Assembly: GCA_000934665.2 (NCBI GenBank)
Contig: JYFJ02001099.1
Location: forward strand, 1-64,000
From: Catajapyx aquilonaris
Lineage: Eukaryota
Direction: 5' to 3'
DNA length: 64,000 bases
A program made the position numbers and the translations under genes. Under the pieces are notes generated by a model. The model saw nothing but the letters and a program-made list of their open reading frames with translations, searched no databases and was not told the DNA's origin. This document shows positions 38,865 through 51,070 of the stretch, piece after piece (position 1 is the first letter of the stretch; each line of letters begins with the position of its first letter).

Positions 38865-40329
38865 ATGAGTCGCATGAAGCGGAAGTTCAGGGAGTGCAGC
38901 ATGAGTTTTAGTGAAAAGGAATCACTTGATGTGCATCGTGCATCGCACAATATGGAACCGCTATTTAGATGCAACAAGTGCGACGAGGATTTTCTTACGT
39001 ACGTTGATTACACAATCCATCGTATCCGTCAAGACCACAGCGTGAAATCGCTCCGGCAGCGCAATGAGTCCTGCAACTACAGGGTCAGCACCCTGAATCG
39101 ACACATGAAAATCCACAGGAATTACGCCTGCTCGTACTGTGAGAGAGTGTTTAGGACCCACTACACAGCCAAGTGTCATGAGAGAGTACACATGGGACAG
39201 AAGCTCAATCCACGTGAGCCAGTATGGGATGAGAAGCAGACGAGGAGGTCGGAGCAGGTTACTGAAGAAGAGCAGACCGGACGCACAAACTGTGAGGATA
39301 ATGATGAATGCGGCCTTGCGACAGAGGCTTTCAAAGATCAGGAGGAGGTCGCACCAAATAAGAGACGCAAAAAAGCTCAGAGGAGAGAAATACACAAAGA
39401 GTGTCACGAAAGAAAAAAATGTAATGAGTTTAAAGAGAGAGAAAATTACAAAAGGTCTTCCGAAACAGAAAAGATTCACGAGTCTGATGAAAGAGATGGA
39501 CAGAAGAAAGATCAAGAAAGAGGAGAACAGAAACATTACAGAAGAGAAAAACCTAAACAATCTGACAAGAGAAAAATACCCGAAACGGTTCAACAGAAGC
39601 CGACTGAAACACACGTAATTGAAGTGTGCGACCGAGTAGAATCCCAAGTGAATTCCCTAGACAAGCCATACTGTTGTCCAACCTGCGACAAGCAGTACCC
39701 CACGATGTTGTCATTGAAACGACACAAGGTGAGTTAGCAACCTGTCGTCAACCTGACAAGTATTTAATTACCTTATCTTATCATTTCAGAAAATTCATAT
39801 GGAGGAGAAGACGTTCAAATGCGGAGAGTGCGCCAGGAGTTTCAATGACAAGCGCACCCTCTACGTTCATCGTGTGTCACACAATACGAAACCGCTATTT
39901 CAATGCAACAAGTGCGACGAGTATTTTATTACATACTTTGATTATGCAATCCATCGCCGTAATGGCCGGTGCTCGATATCACGCTGCCAGTGCGATGTGT
40001 GTGGTAAGTACCTCAGCACGATCGGCACCCTGAACAAACACATGAAAATCCACTGGAATGAAAAGGATCATGGGTGCCGACACTGTGAGAAAATGTTTAG
40101 GACCCGCCAACATGCCCAGGTTCATGAGAGAGTGCACACGGGACAGAAGCCATATGCATGTGAAAATTGCGGGAAACGGTTCGCTAAGGAAAGCAACTTG
40201 ACCAGTCACATGGCAACTCACACCAGTGAGAAGAACTTCGAGTGCCCCATGTGTAAGGAAAAGTTCAAGTCGTCGCTCAATTTGACAGCGCATGTCGGCA
40301 GGGAGCATTTGCCTGGGGCGAAGGAATAG
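38865..40329 (+). CDS. Chimeric zinc-finger gene E (C-like fingers fused in frame to a D-like gene), intron ~39729-39789
   Basis: 38865-39215 matches copy C exon 2. From ...aatccacgt|gagccagtatggg... onward it matches the B/D-type charged domain and fingers. Confidence 0.8.
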
Positions 40330-41051
40330 TCAGAGTAACTGTCTTAATTTATTGGCATCCAAGTACGATTGCACTGCGATGTCGGTTAACGGATTTGCCA
40401 CATTTGTACTTGTCGAGAGTCTTTCGGGTTCGTTGATACAATAATCCACATAAATATTCATCCAATGTGGCGTGATACAAGTTTTACATTCCTGTACATA
40501 TATTTTTGCATATGACTTTGTGCGAGTCGATTTTTCGCTTGTATCGATTTCATGTGAGTAATTATTTTTGTACAGAATCGAGGTTGGATGTGCTCCTTTA
40601 TGCAATCCCATTGTAGCGCATGATATATTGTGATTGTTTAGTCATCTGCCTGACAAATTGGCAAATTCAGTATTCAGACCCCAAAAAAACCTGCAAAATC
40701 ACATCCGACAAGTCTTCCTATACTCAGTACGATGGTTGCTTGTATGTTGTACGCACATGTTCATTTATTCTGACCACTTCACAACTAAATTATATGGACT
40801 TTAAAGTCTTGCCTAATTTGCCTTTTTTCTTTTGGTCGGGAATCCGATTTGTTTTTGTTGTTCTGATGAAAATGTCTATTGATTTGATGATTCTAGAATC
40901 TAGATGGATTCTAATTGTTTACGACCGTGATTTGTCAGACATGCTCAAAGCAAAGTAATAAAAGAGTTACCAAAATATTGTTGACTTCTCATTGTCGTTT
41001 TAATTCTTATTTTGTGGATCACTAATATCATCTGGTCTCATTGTGGTGTTA

Positions 41052-41300
41052 AAAATTACAAGCATAATTACAGCTGCATTGTTACAATTACAGGTATAAT
41101 TACAGCTGCATTGTTACAATTACAAGCATAATTACAGCTGCATTGTTACAATTACAGGTATAATTACAGCTGCATTGTTACAATTACAAGCATAATTACA
41201 GCTGCATTGTTACAATTACAGGTATAATTACAGCTGCATTGTTACAATTACAAGCATAATTACAGCTGCATTGTTACAATTACAAGTATAATTACAGATG
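41052..41300 (+). repeat. 32-bp minisatellite (aattacaagcataattacagctgcattgttac); a shorter array lies at ~37995-38105
   Basis: About 7-8 copies here versus ~3 in the paralogous flank of gene D. Confidence 0.9.
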
Positions 41301-42209
41301 CACCGTATTGTTACAATATTATTAGATATAATATTAATTACTAATAATTACAAGTAAATTGCAAATGTTGTGGATCTGTAATATCACTCTTCTAGTTGTG
41401 TTTAATTGCATATATGGTCTAAATCGTGGTTAAAATTAATTTTTCATAAATATATTAATTTCCCGCCATTAGATTTGAATGGAATTTACACGAACTATTT
41501 TTCACTTTTGAACACTTTTGTCCAACTCTGTGATTGGCTAAATTATTACAATGCCGCTTTTTGATTGGTGCAAAGTTCGTAGCATCTTGAGACTGGAATA
41601 TGTAAACATTGCCGATGATGATATTACGCGGCAAATCGCAATTATTAACAAATTACCTCAAATAGCTGGGGTTATTTGACTAACAATCCGGTTAATTACA
41701 AGTTAAAATTAATAATGGTGAATGATGAATACGTATGTTAGGAATAGGCACTCTAATATATCCACTGATTCGTTCGATCGATATGTACATATCTCTGATT
41801 GGCTCCTGTCAGCCAATCAGCGACCGCAACTGCCAAAATCTGCGTGCCTTTTCCTAACCCACACTTTCTTCATTGCTACTGTTACCACATGAATAAAGTT
41901 TAATCCTAATAAAACTGGCATAATATCATATATTTTAAAAAATAAGGCCGTTTATAATATTTTTAACAAATATTCTAAATGTAAAACCCTGTGGGATTTG
42001 CAGTATTATAATATTTTGTCTGATATCTGACTCCATCGGGTTTCCACCTGGCAACCTTGGAACGGCCCCACAAGAAGGGAGAGAGAGAGAAAAAATCATC
42101 AAGTCATTTCCAGTGTTCGATTTGTCATCAACTTTTCTTGACCTCCGTTTTTTATTTACTCTGCGGTCAAAGGTCACTCACGGACAGACAGACAGAGCGA
42201 GAGAACGAA

Positions 42210-43832
42210 ATGGCAGTTGGAGGAGCACTGTTTGGCCCCACCGCGGGCACCAGCAACCGGTCCGGAAGCAAGAGCCTGGTGGAGTTCAGGGCAGGGAAGA
42301 TGACCCAGCGAGGGAAGATGGTCCATCCGGACAAGAGGAAGGGACTCGTCTACGTCCACCAGACGGACGACGGCCTCATGCACTTCTGCTGGAAGGACAG
42401 GCAGACCGGGGCCGTCGAGGACGTACGTATATAGCATCACATGAACTGCACTTGTGTACGCACAGGGGTCAGTGAACTGCACTTGTGTACGCACCGTGCA
42501 GGGGTCAGTGAACTGCACTTGTGTACGCACCATGCAGGGGTCACTGAACTGCACTTGTGTACGCACAGGGGTCAGTGAACTAGAAAAAATGGAACATCAT
42601 TTTGACAGAAATTAATAAAAAAATTCAGCCGCTTGCCACATAAGCAAAGGACAATATTCATATCGTATAACACTAACAACAACTAATTAAATATCTAATT
42701 AATTCATTATTATTTATAGAACGATGTTTATCGTCCGTACTTGTTTTCCAGGACTTGATAATCTTCCCTGACGACTGCGAGTACAAGCGTGTGCCGCAGT
42801 GTAAGACCGGGCGTGTGTACCTTCTCCGCTTCAAGACCTCCAGCCGGCGCTTCTTTTTCTGGATGCAGGAACCCAAGACGGATCGGGACGATGAGTACTG
42901 TCGTAGAGTCAATGACTCCCTGAATAACCCTCCGACTCCTGGGACTGGAGGCGGAGGCGGGGGAGGTCTGGCCGGACTGGCCGGGCTTGGAGGGAGCTCC
43001 GGGTCGGGAGGTCGCAGCGGGGGAGCCACCCCAGGCGACGGGGACCTCCAGAGCTTCCTGAGCAACATGTCCCAGCAGCAGCTGATGCAGCTGTTTGGCG
43101 GGCAGATGGGGGCGGGGGCTCTGCTGTCCAGCTTGGGCAGGCGTCCCGGCAGCGGGCGGTCATCCAGCCGGCCAACGCCCGCAACAACGACTGCGCCGCA
43201 AGCGACCAGCACCACCACTGTGTCCACCACGTCGTCAACGCCAACCACGACCGAGTCGCAAGGCGCTATACAGCTGAGCGATCTGCAGAACATACTCTCC
43301 GGTTTACAGGTAGCGACATACGCTCTAAGCCTGTGAATGAGTTACTAATGGTTTACTTCTGAAGGTGCCGTCGTCGGCTGCTCAGGAGGCGCCACGTGGG
43401 CCCAACGTGGATCTGTCAACCGCCCTGGGTTCCGATGCGGTCCAGTGGGTTTTGGGTGGAAACAGCGATAACCTGCGGTCGCTGCAGTCTCTTCTGCCGG
43501 TGACCGAAGGCGGTGGGGCAGATGGTGGCGCGGAAGGAGGAGCGGAGAAAGCCTTGAAGGCCACTCTGGCTTCCCCGCAGTTCCAGCAGGCTCTGAGCAT
43601 GTTCAGCGCGGCGGTGCAGTCGGGACAGATTGCCCCGCTGATGCAGCAGTTTGAGTTGTCCGAGGAGGTGGTGGCCGCGGCCAGGAGGGGCGATCTGGAG
43701 GCCTTTGTGAAGGGCCTGGAGGGTCAAGGGCAAGGGCAGGGGCCGGACAAGAAGAAGAAGAAGAAGGAAGAAGGCGGAGAGGACGAGGGAGGAGACGGCG
43801 AGGACGACGACGACTCCATGTCCTTCGAGTGA
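42210..43832 (+). CDS. ADRM1: Proteasomal ubiquitin receptor Rpn13, 3 exons (42210-42422, 42752-43309, 43365-43832)
   Basis: Pru domain LVEFRAGKM...[27 protein letters not shown]...[23 protein letters not shown]...FFWMQEPK. C-terminal DEUBAD-like [19 protein letters not shown]. Confidence 0.97.
42442..42581 (+). repeat. ~31-36-bp minisatellite in ADRM1 intron 1
   Basis: tgaactgcacttgtgtacgca(ccgtg)caggggtca, about 4 copies. Confidence 0.9.
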
Positions 43833-44158
43833 TTTGCAACTCCCCCGTTTTGTTTTGGTTTGTAGTTGCCTACCGGAAATAAAAAAATAGGCTTGAGGTA
43901 CTCACTCGTTACATTTGGCATGCTTCATACCCATTGTCACGCTTTGCTGCCGATGTATCACCATACAAGTGGTGATAACAGTAATTAATTCATGAACTGC
44001 CCATCCCCAATTGTCAATTGACGATTTATCGGCTTCTTCCCGGTTACCATGCATTGTTAATACGTCGCATGACGCACACTGGAACAACGCCCTGTTGTTT
44101 GCCAATATTAGTCTGTACTTTGCTGACATACATCTTATCCGACAGTGACATAACGGAC

Positions 44159-45784
44159 ATGCCAACAGTCGACAGCATGCTGTTGATCAAGCTGCTCACA
44201 ATCTGGACGTCCGTGGATGTCCAGAACAAGACGGATGTACTGTCCAACCTTCTGGATATGTCGCCGTCGGATTGCACGTTCGTCCTGACGCATGATGTCG
44301 CAGGGCAACTTCCTCGCCCGATTGAAACGCTTCTGAAACGTCAAAGAGACGTCCTGCTAGCGTCAAGCCCGACGCTAAGTCACTTCAACTGTACCGGCCA
44401 GTACGACGCTGACAGCGTGACCGTCCGACCTCAACGGCCAGGATGCGCCGTAATTGTCGTAACCAGTTGCGTCCAGAATCTGAACGCAACTGTTGAGACA
44501 ATCTCACGTATTATTGACAGGCGTCAGCAGGATATGTACCTGCGCTGGATCAGAGACGGCGACATGCCGTACCCGACTGTCACACATGCCGTCACTAATT
44601 ACACGGGTATGACATTAACCGGTTTGTACTCCACCGATGTGGATCCAGCCGAGTGCGACGACTGGAACATCGACATCCAGTTGTACCATCTGTGTTTCGT
44701 AAAACACGTGCTCAACTTCAACCTCGCGATGGTAACGCTCAACTGGTCTGATCCTTCTCAAGTGTCGGATCGTCTCATGGATTTCATGTCTGGCGACATC
44801 ACGTTCCTTCCGCTGTTTCCATACACGGATAAGTACTTCAAACTGGTGAGTTACACCGGCGTCGTAATGTTCGTACGAGTCACATTCATGACTCGTACTC
44901 CGCGTGTAATGTCGCAACCGGGACATGTGTTTGTCAAACCGTATGACCAACTGGTATGGCTCCTCATACTCTCGCACATGCTGTTGATCGCCTGCGTTTC
45001 CGTCGCCATCAGACGTACCGGGTACATCGAAGAGGTGTACCGGTATGGCTCAATGTTACTGAACCAGTTCCGTCCTATCGGTACTCGCGATTCAAACCGG
45101 ATTCTGCATATCTGCTGGGTCATATTCGGGTTCGTAATTGGCGTCGGGTACGGCGCGAATCTTCTCTCGATTCTGATCCACCCTCCGAGAGAAACATTGC
45201 CGACAAACGTGACCCAACTGGTGAACTCCGCATTTAAAATATGGGTCACCGAATCGGACATAAACAGATACACCCAGCTGATGAAGAACAACGACACGAC
45301 TACCGGGTACAAGTGGATCGCACGGAGGGGACAACTAATCGACAGCTACTTCGAGTGCTCCAAACGTGTGTTGAAAGGAGACAATGCGTGTATCGCCACC
45401 AGCTTCGGATTGAACCTCGAAGCTGCGAGATTCATGAAGGACGGCGGCGGATCGCATCTGAGAGTGTCCGACGATGATATTGTGATGCTTCCGATGTCCG
45501 TCGGATTTTTGAAGGACTCGCCGTACGTTCCTGATTTCGAGAGGGTCATACGCGTGTATCTGGCTATGGGCGCGGATCAGAAGTTCCAGTCGATGCGAGA
45601 CTACATGAACGCTTTTAAGTACAGACGATGGAAGGAGGATCAGGAGAAAGTGGACGAAGAGCAGGAAGGAAAGGTCAAGCTGACCCTCGACACTTTAAAA
45701 GGCGCATTTGCACTGTTCCTTCAAGGAGTCGCCATGTCCTTCGCGGTGTTCGCAGCGGAGAAGTGCTGTCGACGCTGTAAATAA
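44159..45784 (+). CDS. Intronless divergent ionotropic receptor (start codon uncertain, 44066-44177)
   Basis: FVKPYDQLVWLL (pre-TM1), YGSMLLNQ, RILHICWVIFGFVIGVGYGANLLSILIHP (M3-like), GFLKDSPY, and KLTLDTLKGAFALFLQG..FAAEK (last TM). Confidence 0.85.
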   Translation: MPTVDSMLLIKLLTIWTSVDVQNKTDVLSNLLDMSPSDCTFVLTHDVAGQLPRPIETLLKRQRDVLLASSPTLSHFNCTGQYDADSVTVRPQRPGCAVIVVTSCVQNLNATVETISRIIDRRQQDMYLRWIRDGDMPYPTVTHAVTNYTGMTLTGLYSTDVDPAECDDWNIDIQLYHLCFVKHVLNFNLAMVTLNWSDPSQVSDRLMDFMSGDITFLPLFPYTDKYFKLVSYTGVVMFVRVTFMTRTPRVMSQPGHVFVKPYDQLVWLLILSHMLLIACVSVAIRRTGYIEEVYRYGSMLLNQFRPIGTRDSNRILHICWVIFGFVIGVGYGANLLSILIHPPRETLPTNVTQLVNSAFKIWVTESDINRYTQLMKNNDTTTGYKWIARRGQLIDSYFECSKRVLKGDNACIATSFGLNLEAARFMKDGGGSHLRVSDDDIVMLPMSVGFLKDSPYVPDFERVIRVYLAMGADQKFQSMRDYMNAFKYRRWKEDQEKVDEEQEGKVKLTLDTLKGAFALFLQGVAMSFAVFAAEKCCRRCK

Positions 45785-46240
45785 TATATTGGTAATTTCA
45801 ACCGTACGAACCGTGCGCTCGTAATGAAATTAAGTGTTTCCAAACAATGGTTCGTAATCAATTACAAATGCCTGATGTGACAATATTATGTACTACAATT
45901 CAAGTGTGATATATTACCACGACTCATGACAAATGGTCCCGTAACTACAGTAATGAAGGAATGTGACGACAAATCAATGTTCGCATGTGAATCGAGCGAC
46001 GCATATCAAATTACGCACTACGTACAGAAATATTGACAAACTAATATTGTACCGGTCAACCTAACTTGTTCGGTATATCACGTTATAAAGTAATGGAATT
46101 TGCAGAACTCATTACAGGGTCGAACAGTTTTATTGCGAATATATCAAGTGTGCAATTTCAGTTTTAAATTTCAATAACGGCGATGAACATGGTACAATTT
46201 TTAACCTGCTTAGAAATGTCCGCAGCATATATTTTTTTCA

Positions 46241-48542
46241 CTATGGTCCGCACCCCAAGTACGACATGAGCCAATCGAAGCAACCGCTGTACGGGTACGC
46301 TTCATCCGCAACCTGCAATAAATATGTGAGTATTTTTCGCGTCGTCTTCGATTAGCGAAATGACATACCTGAGGCTTTTCTTTCTCCGTCGTTTCAGTCG
46401 GAGGAGCTATGCTGTCCTTCAGCACTTTAATGTCCAGCCGGTTCTGCAAACCCGGATTCGGACTAAGGATGACCACCAATTCGTCGTGTCCGTTCGTGTA
46501 AGCCGGAAGCCCATGAAGGAACAGCGTCCGTCGCGGGATTCCCAACAGATCAGTCGAATGCACGATCAGGTACATTACGAGACTCTCGAAGGCCTTCTCG
46601 TCCATCAACTTGTCCGAAGCCGCATCCGTCTGCTTACTATTGTATGACTTGATGCTGATTGCTTTTCCGAACATGAGAGACGACGTGAAGTACTTGGAGA
46701 TTCTACGCAGCCTTCCCTTTTTAGGGTATTGCCAGAGGCCTGGAGTGCAAACCTGCTGGAGGACGCACATCAGATCCAGTGTCAGACGACGGGCGTGAGG
46801 CGTCATCTGCAGGAGCGGCCTGTCATAAGGAAGCGATCAATACGCACATTACGGTAATCATCTGGGGAAACGTACTCAACAATATTAATTCGTATCGGTT
46901 GCGGAACCGAATCCATCCAATCTGGGTCACACACGTGCGTTCCCACGAGCTTAGCCGTGTAATACCAATGCTCTAGAAGCCGATCCAACGCACCGGGCAC
47001 GAGATACTGAAATACCCTGCTTGGCATTACATATTTTTTTTAAAAGAAACTTTAATGCGCATTTTTATATGCTTAACGACTCACCTCACGTGTCTGTAGC
47101 AACAGTGGCACTGGCAGCTCTCTCAGAAACTCACGGAAGACGCGGAATATCGTTTGGACCCTAAACTCCGCCATTAATTCAGCCGGATCGTCCCCAACTA
47201 AACACCCAACTTTCAGCACGTAATACAAAGATTTAGACTCCATCCAGCCGATCGGTCCGAGCGAGGTCGGTCGTCTTAAACGCTGGCCGTCAACTGCCAT
47301 CCGATACAGCATCTCCTGCACGGTGCAATAATTTTTTGTCAGTTACACTGTTCGACAAGGAAAGATTTTCTCGGGTTATGACATATGTGTTTCAGCAAGT
47401 ACATTTTGGCCGCTGATTTCAAATCTGTAATATTAGAATTTTGTGCTTTGAGATATATATTGTTTTAAAATAATGAGGCTCACCTGTATTATGAAGTTAT
47501 TTTCTCCCGGCCCGTACATTGCCTCCAAAGGAGCTCCATAAGGTAATCTGAAATTATTTGCATGATTTCATTGACATGTCGTGAAATTATACTCATGTTT
47601 TCAATGAAATGTTGTGAAATTATTCTCATGATTTTGTTGAAGTGTCATGAATTTATTCTCATGATTTCGTTGACATGTCGTGAAATTATTCTCATTGTTT
47701 CATTGAAATGTCGTGAAATTATTATCAAGACTTCATTGAAATTTCATAAAATTATGCTCGTGGTTTAATTGAAATTTCATGAGATTCACCTTATTTCATT
47801 GAAATTTCATGAAATTATTCTCCTCATTTCATTGAAATTTCATGAAATTATTCTCCTTATTTCATTAAAAATGTCATGAAATTATTCTCCTTATTTCATT
47901 GAAATTTCATGAAATTATTCTCCTTATTTCATTGAAATTTCATGAAATTATTCTCCTTATTTCATTGAAATTTCATGAAATTATTCTCCTTATTTCATTG
48001 AAATCTCATGAAATTATTCTCATTATTTCATTGAAATGCCGTGAAATTATTCTCATGATTTCATTGAAATGTGAAATTATTGGCATGATTTCATTGAAAT
48101 TTCATGAGATTATTTATCACGGTTTCATTGAAATAATTTATCACGGTTTCATTGAAATAATTTATCGCGGTTTCATTGAAATAATTCTGAAGATTTCATT
48201 GAAATAATTCTGAAGATTTCATTGAAATCATTCTGGAGATTTCATTGAAATAATTCTGAAGATTTCATTGAAATCATTCTGGAGATTTCATTGAAATAAT
48301 TCTGAAGATTTCATTGAAATCATTCTGGAGATTTCATTGAAATTTTATAAAATTATGCTCATGGTTTCATTGAATTGTCATGAAATTATGCACATGGTTC
48401 CATACTCAAATGATGCTCGACTTAAGAACTGGGATCTGAAATTATTACTTTTCATGATTTCATACCGAAATGATGAGTGCTCGCCTTACCTGATTCTGAG
48501 CAACGACTGATGGAGCGTGCATTCATCATACACATGTTTCAT
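46241..48542 (-). CDS. Divergent RhoGAP-fold-like protein, ~6 exons
   Basis: Phase-consistent exons: MKHVYDECTLHQSLLRIR|LPYGAPLEAM...|...IFRVFREFLRELPVPLL...|...ARRLTLDLMCVLQQV...LVMYLIVHSTDLLGIP...|VADEAYPY...*. The segments YGAPL, FLRELPVPLL and LVMYLIVH resemble RhoGAP domain blocks. Confidence 0.55.
47560..48400 (+). repeat. ~33-bp satellite (atttcattgaaatttcatgaaattattctcctt) with ~22-bp variants, in the RhoGAP-like intron 1
   Basis: Tandem copies. An inverted counterpart lies at 52600-53670. Confidence 0.9.
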
Positions 48543-48740
48543 TTTGATCCCGACATGGCCTTTAAAAAATATGATTATAATAAATATGATGTAAGTTCAA
48601 CCCCCCAAAAATTTGTTACTGCGGAAACGTTTGTACAATCGATGTAACTAAGGACACAACTTTGTTGATAATAATTCAGATGACATTCTAAATTCCAAGT
48701 GACGACTACACATTTTTTTGGAAGAACCGACAGCTAAATC

Positions 48741-49259
48741 ATGGACAATATGGATATGGATCCCATGGATCCTGTCGTGAGCGAAACCGTTCTGTTTTGT
48801 GCTGCAGACAAGTTCATATCAGAAGACCGAGATGGACTGAAGGCCGACCAGACTCAACCACCGAACAATGAGGCTTCCCAGTCGAAGATGAACGAGAAGA
48901 AAACTGCTGTACGTATATCCGCTTAATGTAACCGACGTACACTGAAACGCTTTCCGCTCTAGGTGATCCAGAAGTACGGTAGAAAGGTCACGTCCACAAT
49001 GACCTCGGCTATTGAGGATCTTAATAGGACTATGGAGTGGATCGACAGGCACATAAAGGACTTTGATGCTGCATACACCAAATACTCCGAGAGGGAGTTT
49101 GGCATATCGGCTGGGAAGATGATGAAGGCTGTCGACCAGCTGGTTGCGGAAGGGAACGAGAACCTGCAGATCCTGACCGACGACTACAACGATCACATGA
49201 AGGAAGTGGTGTCGAAGCTGGTGGACGAGTACCGCACGAAAGAGCACTATACCGTATGA
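48741..49259 (+). pseudogene. Internally deleted copy of the helical-protein gene at 51071-52323 (frame preserved, ~155 aa)
   Basis: Shares EASQSKMNEKKTA|(intron) and YTKYSEREFG.SAGKMMK.VDQLVAEGN.NLQILTDDYNDHMKEVVSKLVDEYRTKEH with the full copy, but lacks two internal blocks and the C-terminus. Confidence 0.6.
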
Positions 49260-49544
49260 GGCATGGATATGTGAAATTTGACATGAATAATTGGGTAAAA
49301 TAAAAGCTGATAAACATCGAACATGCATTACTGATGTATTGCGAGATTATTTTTCATTATCCTGCGCTTATGTAACTACTAATATTTATGACTCACTACA
49401 ATAATATTACAGGTTGGTGACTGTTGGCTGCACTGATGTTACATATTTCCATGTCAATACAGACACAATTAAAAAAATTAGTCAGAAAAATATAAATTTG
49501 GCGTTCTAAATTTTTTTTTTCTAAATTCTCAGTGCCTTTTAGTG

Positions 49545-50778
49545 ATGGATAACGAGCCCCATACGAGCGCTCATGGTAATGATAATTTGGCTGATGGCTC
49601 AAGCGATGATGATTCGGAGCAGCATGAAAATTCTCGTAAGAAAATGCGTCTCTCGGTCTTGAAACGTAGAAAGCCGCTGTCGTTCAGGGATCTTCGCCAG
49701 TCGGAAGTGCGGAAATTCATGGTAAGCTTCCAGTTGTAAGAACGCCATACATAAAACATGCAATTATTTCATAAAAGTAATTTGTTATTATTTTCAGGAT
49801 GCCGTTCAAGATCTGGACGACATGTGGTATTCGTTGATGAAAGGCGAGTACAAACTGGAGAACAGCTCCTTACTGGATATGTCCTTGGACGAATACATGC
49901 AGCTCAACGACTTGCTGAGACAACATCTGAAGGACGCTGACGACGATCTGAACGAAGCGCATAAAAAGATGAAGCGAAATAAGGAGATTGTATGTAATTA
50001 CACAATAATTGAGAGCGTGAATCGTACACTTTCAGGTTTTTTTTCCCCTCGCAGATTTGCAAACAGGGCGGAAACAGGAAGTATGCGATTGCCGCAAAGG
50101 CGATTGTCTCGGCCTTGCAGGACATGAAGAGGGTAATGACTTGGACCAAAAGACATCTACGCGACATCGCAGATGCCAAAGTGTCTCTTCAGAAGTGCAG
50201 GCTCCATCGTCGCCATAAGTTCCTCAGAAAGGTAGACGCATGTTGGCAAGAGCAGAACTCCGCTTTCATAAAGAACCTGGACAACTGGTTAAGCACGCAA
50301 AACGAGAGGATTCATACTATTGAAAAAACTCATTTGGACACATACTCCAACATCGTATGGACCTTAGCTTCAGATGTACGTAGATGCGGTTACTTTCACA
50401 TTTTCCCACAACCGACCCAAGTTTTTGTTCTCTTTCTAGTTTCTCGAGGCTTCGGTAATGCACATGAGCGCCCCAGCCGAATCTCTAGTCCTGTACGGAA
50501 CATATGCCGACAAAGGATTCGCAATGTCCACTGGTAAGATGAAGAATGCGGTTAAACCGGTTTGCGAAGCCGCCAGCAAGACCCTGACGCAACTGGCGGA
50601 TCAACACAACTACTCGCTGGAGTATCAAATGTCCAACCTGCTGGCCGAGTATCACAAGCAAGAACACATGAACTTGCAAACGACGATTTTATCCTTGAGA
50701 AGTACCGTGAAAAACTTCACTAGGGCCATGAAGTCAATCATGGATAGTTTTTCCAGCTCTTCTTTTGATGTGGTTTAA
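49545..50778 (+). CDS. Uncharacterised alpha-helical protein, diverged paralogue, 4 exons
   Basis: Open exons with GT-AG introns at positions matching the 51071-52323 gene. LYGTYADKGFAMSTGKMKNAV...LLAEYHKQEH aligns with LYTKYSEREFGVSAGKMMKMV...LVDEYRTKEH. Confidence 0.7.
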
Positions 50779-51070
50779 CCCCCTTGTTGGAGTCTGGAAA
50801 TTTCCAGTAAAAAGCGCTGGTCATCTCACGGACCATTTGTTCTTTTTTTAATAACTTTCCGACATAAAATCTTTGTTGATTTGAATGCCCAAAAAAATTA
50901 TTAACGACTAACGAGTAGCCTACCGAATAAATTATGGCCGCAGAATAATCTCGCAACGCATCGGTAATGCATGTTCGATGTTTTATCACCTTTTATTTTA
51001 CCCAATTGTTCAAGTCAAATTTCAGATGTTCTGACGCAATGAAGATTTACCCCGAGTGCCTTTCTAATTA

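Noticed and set aside
46803..46875. Apparent stop/frameshift suggesting a RhoGAP pseudogene
   Set aside because: Resolved by a short GT-AG intron (gttga|gtacgt...gacag|gccg) that restores the frame.
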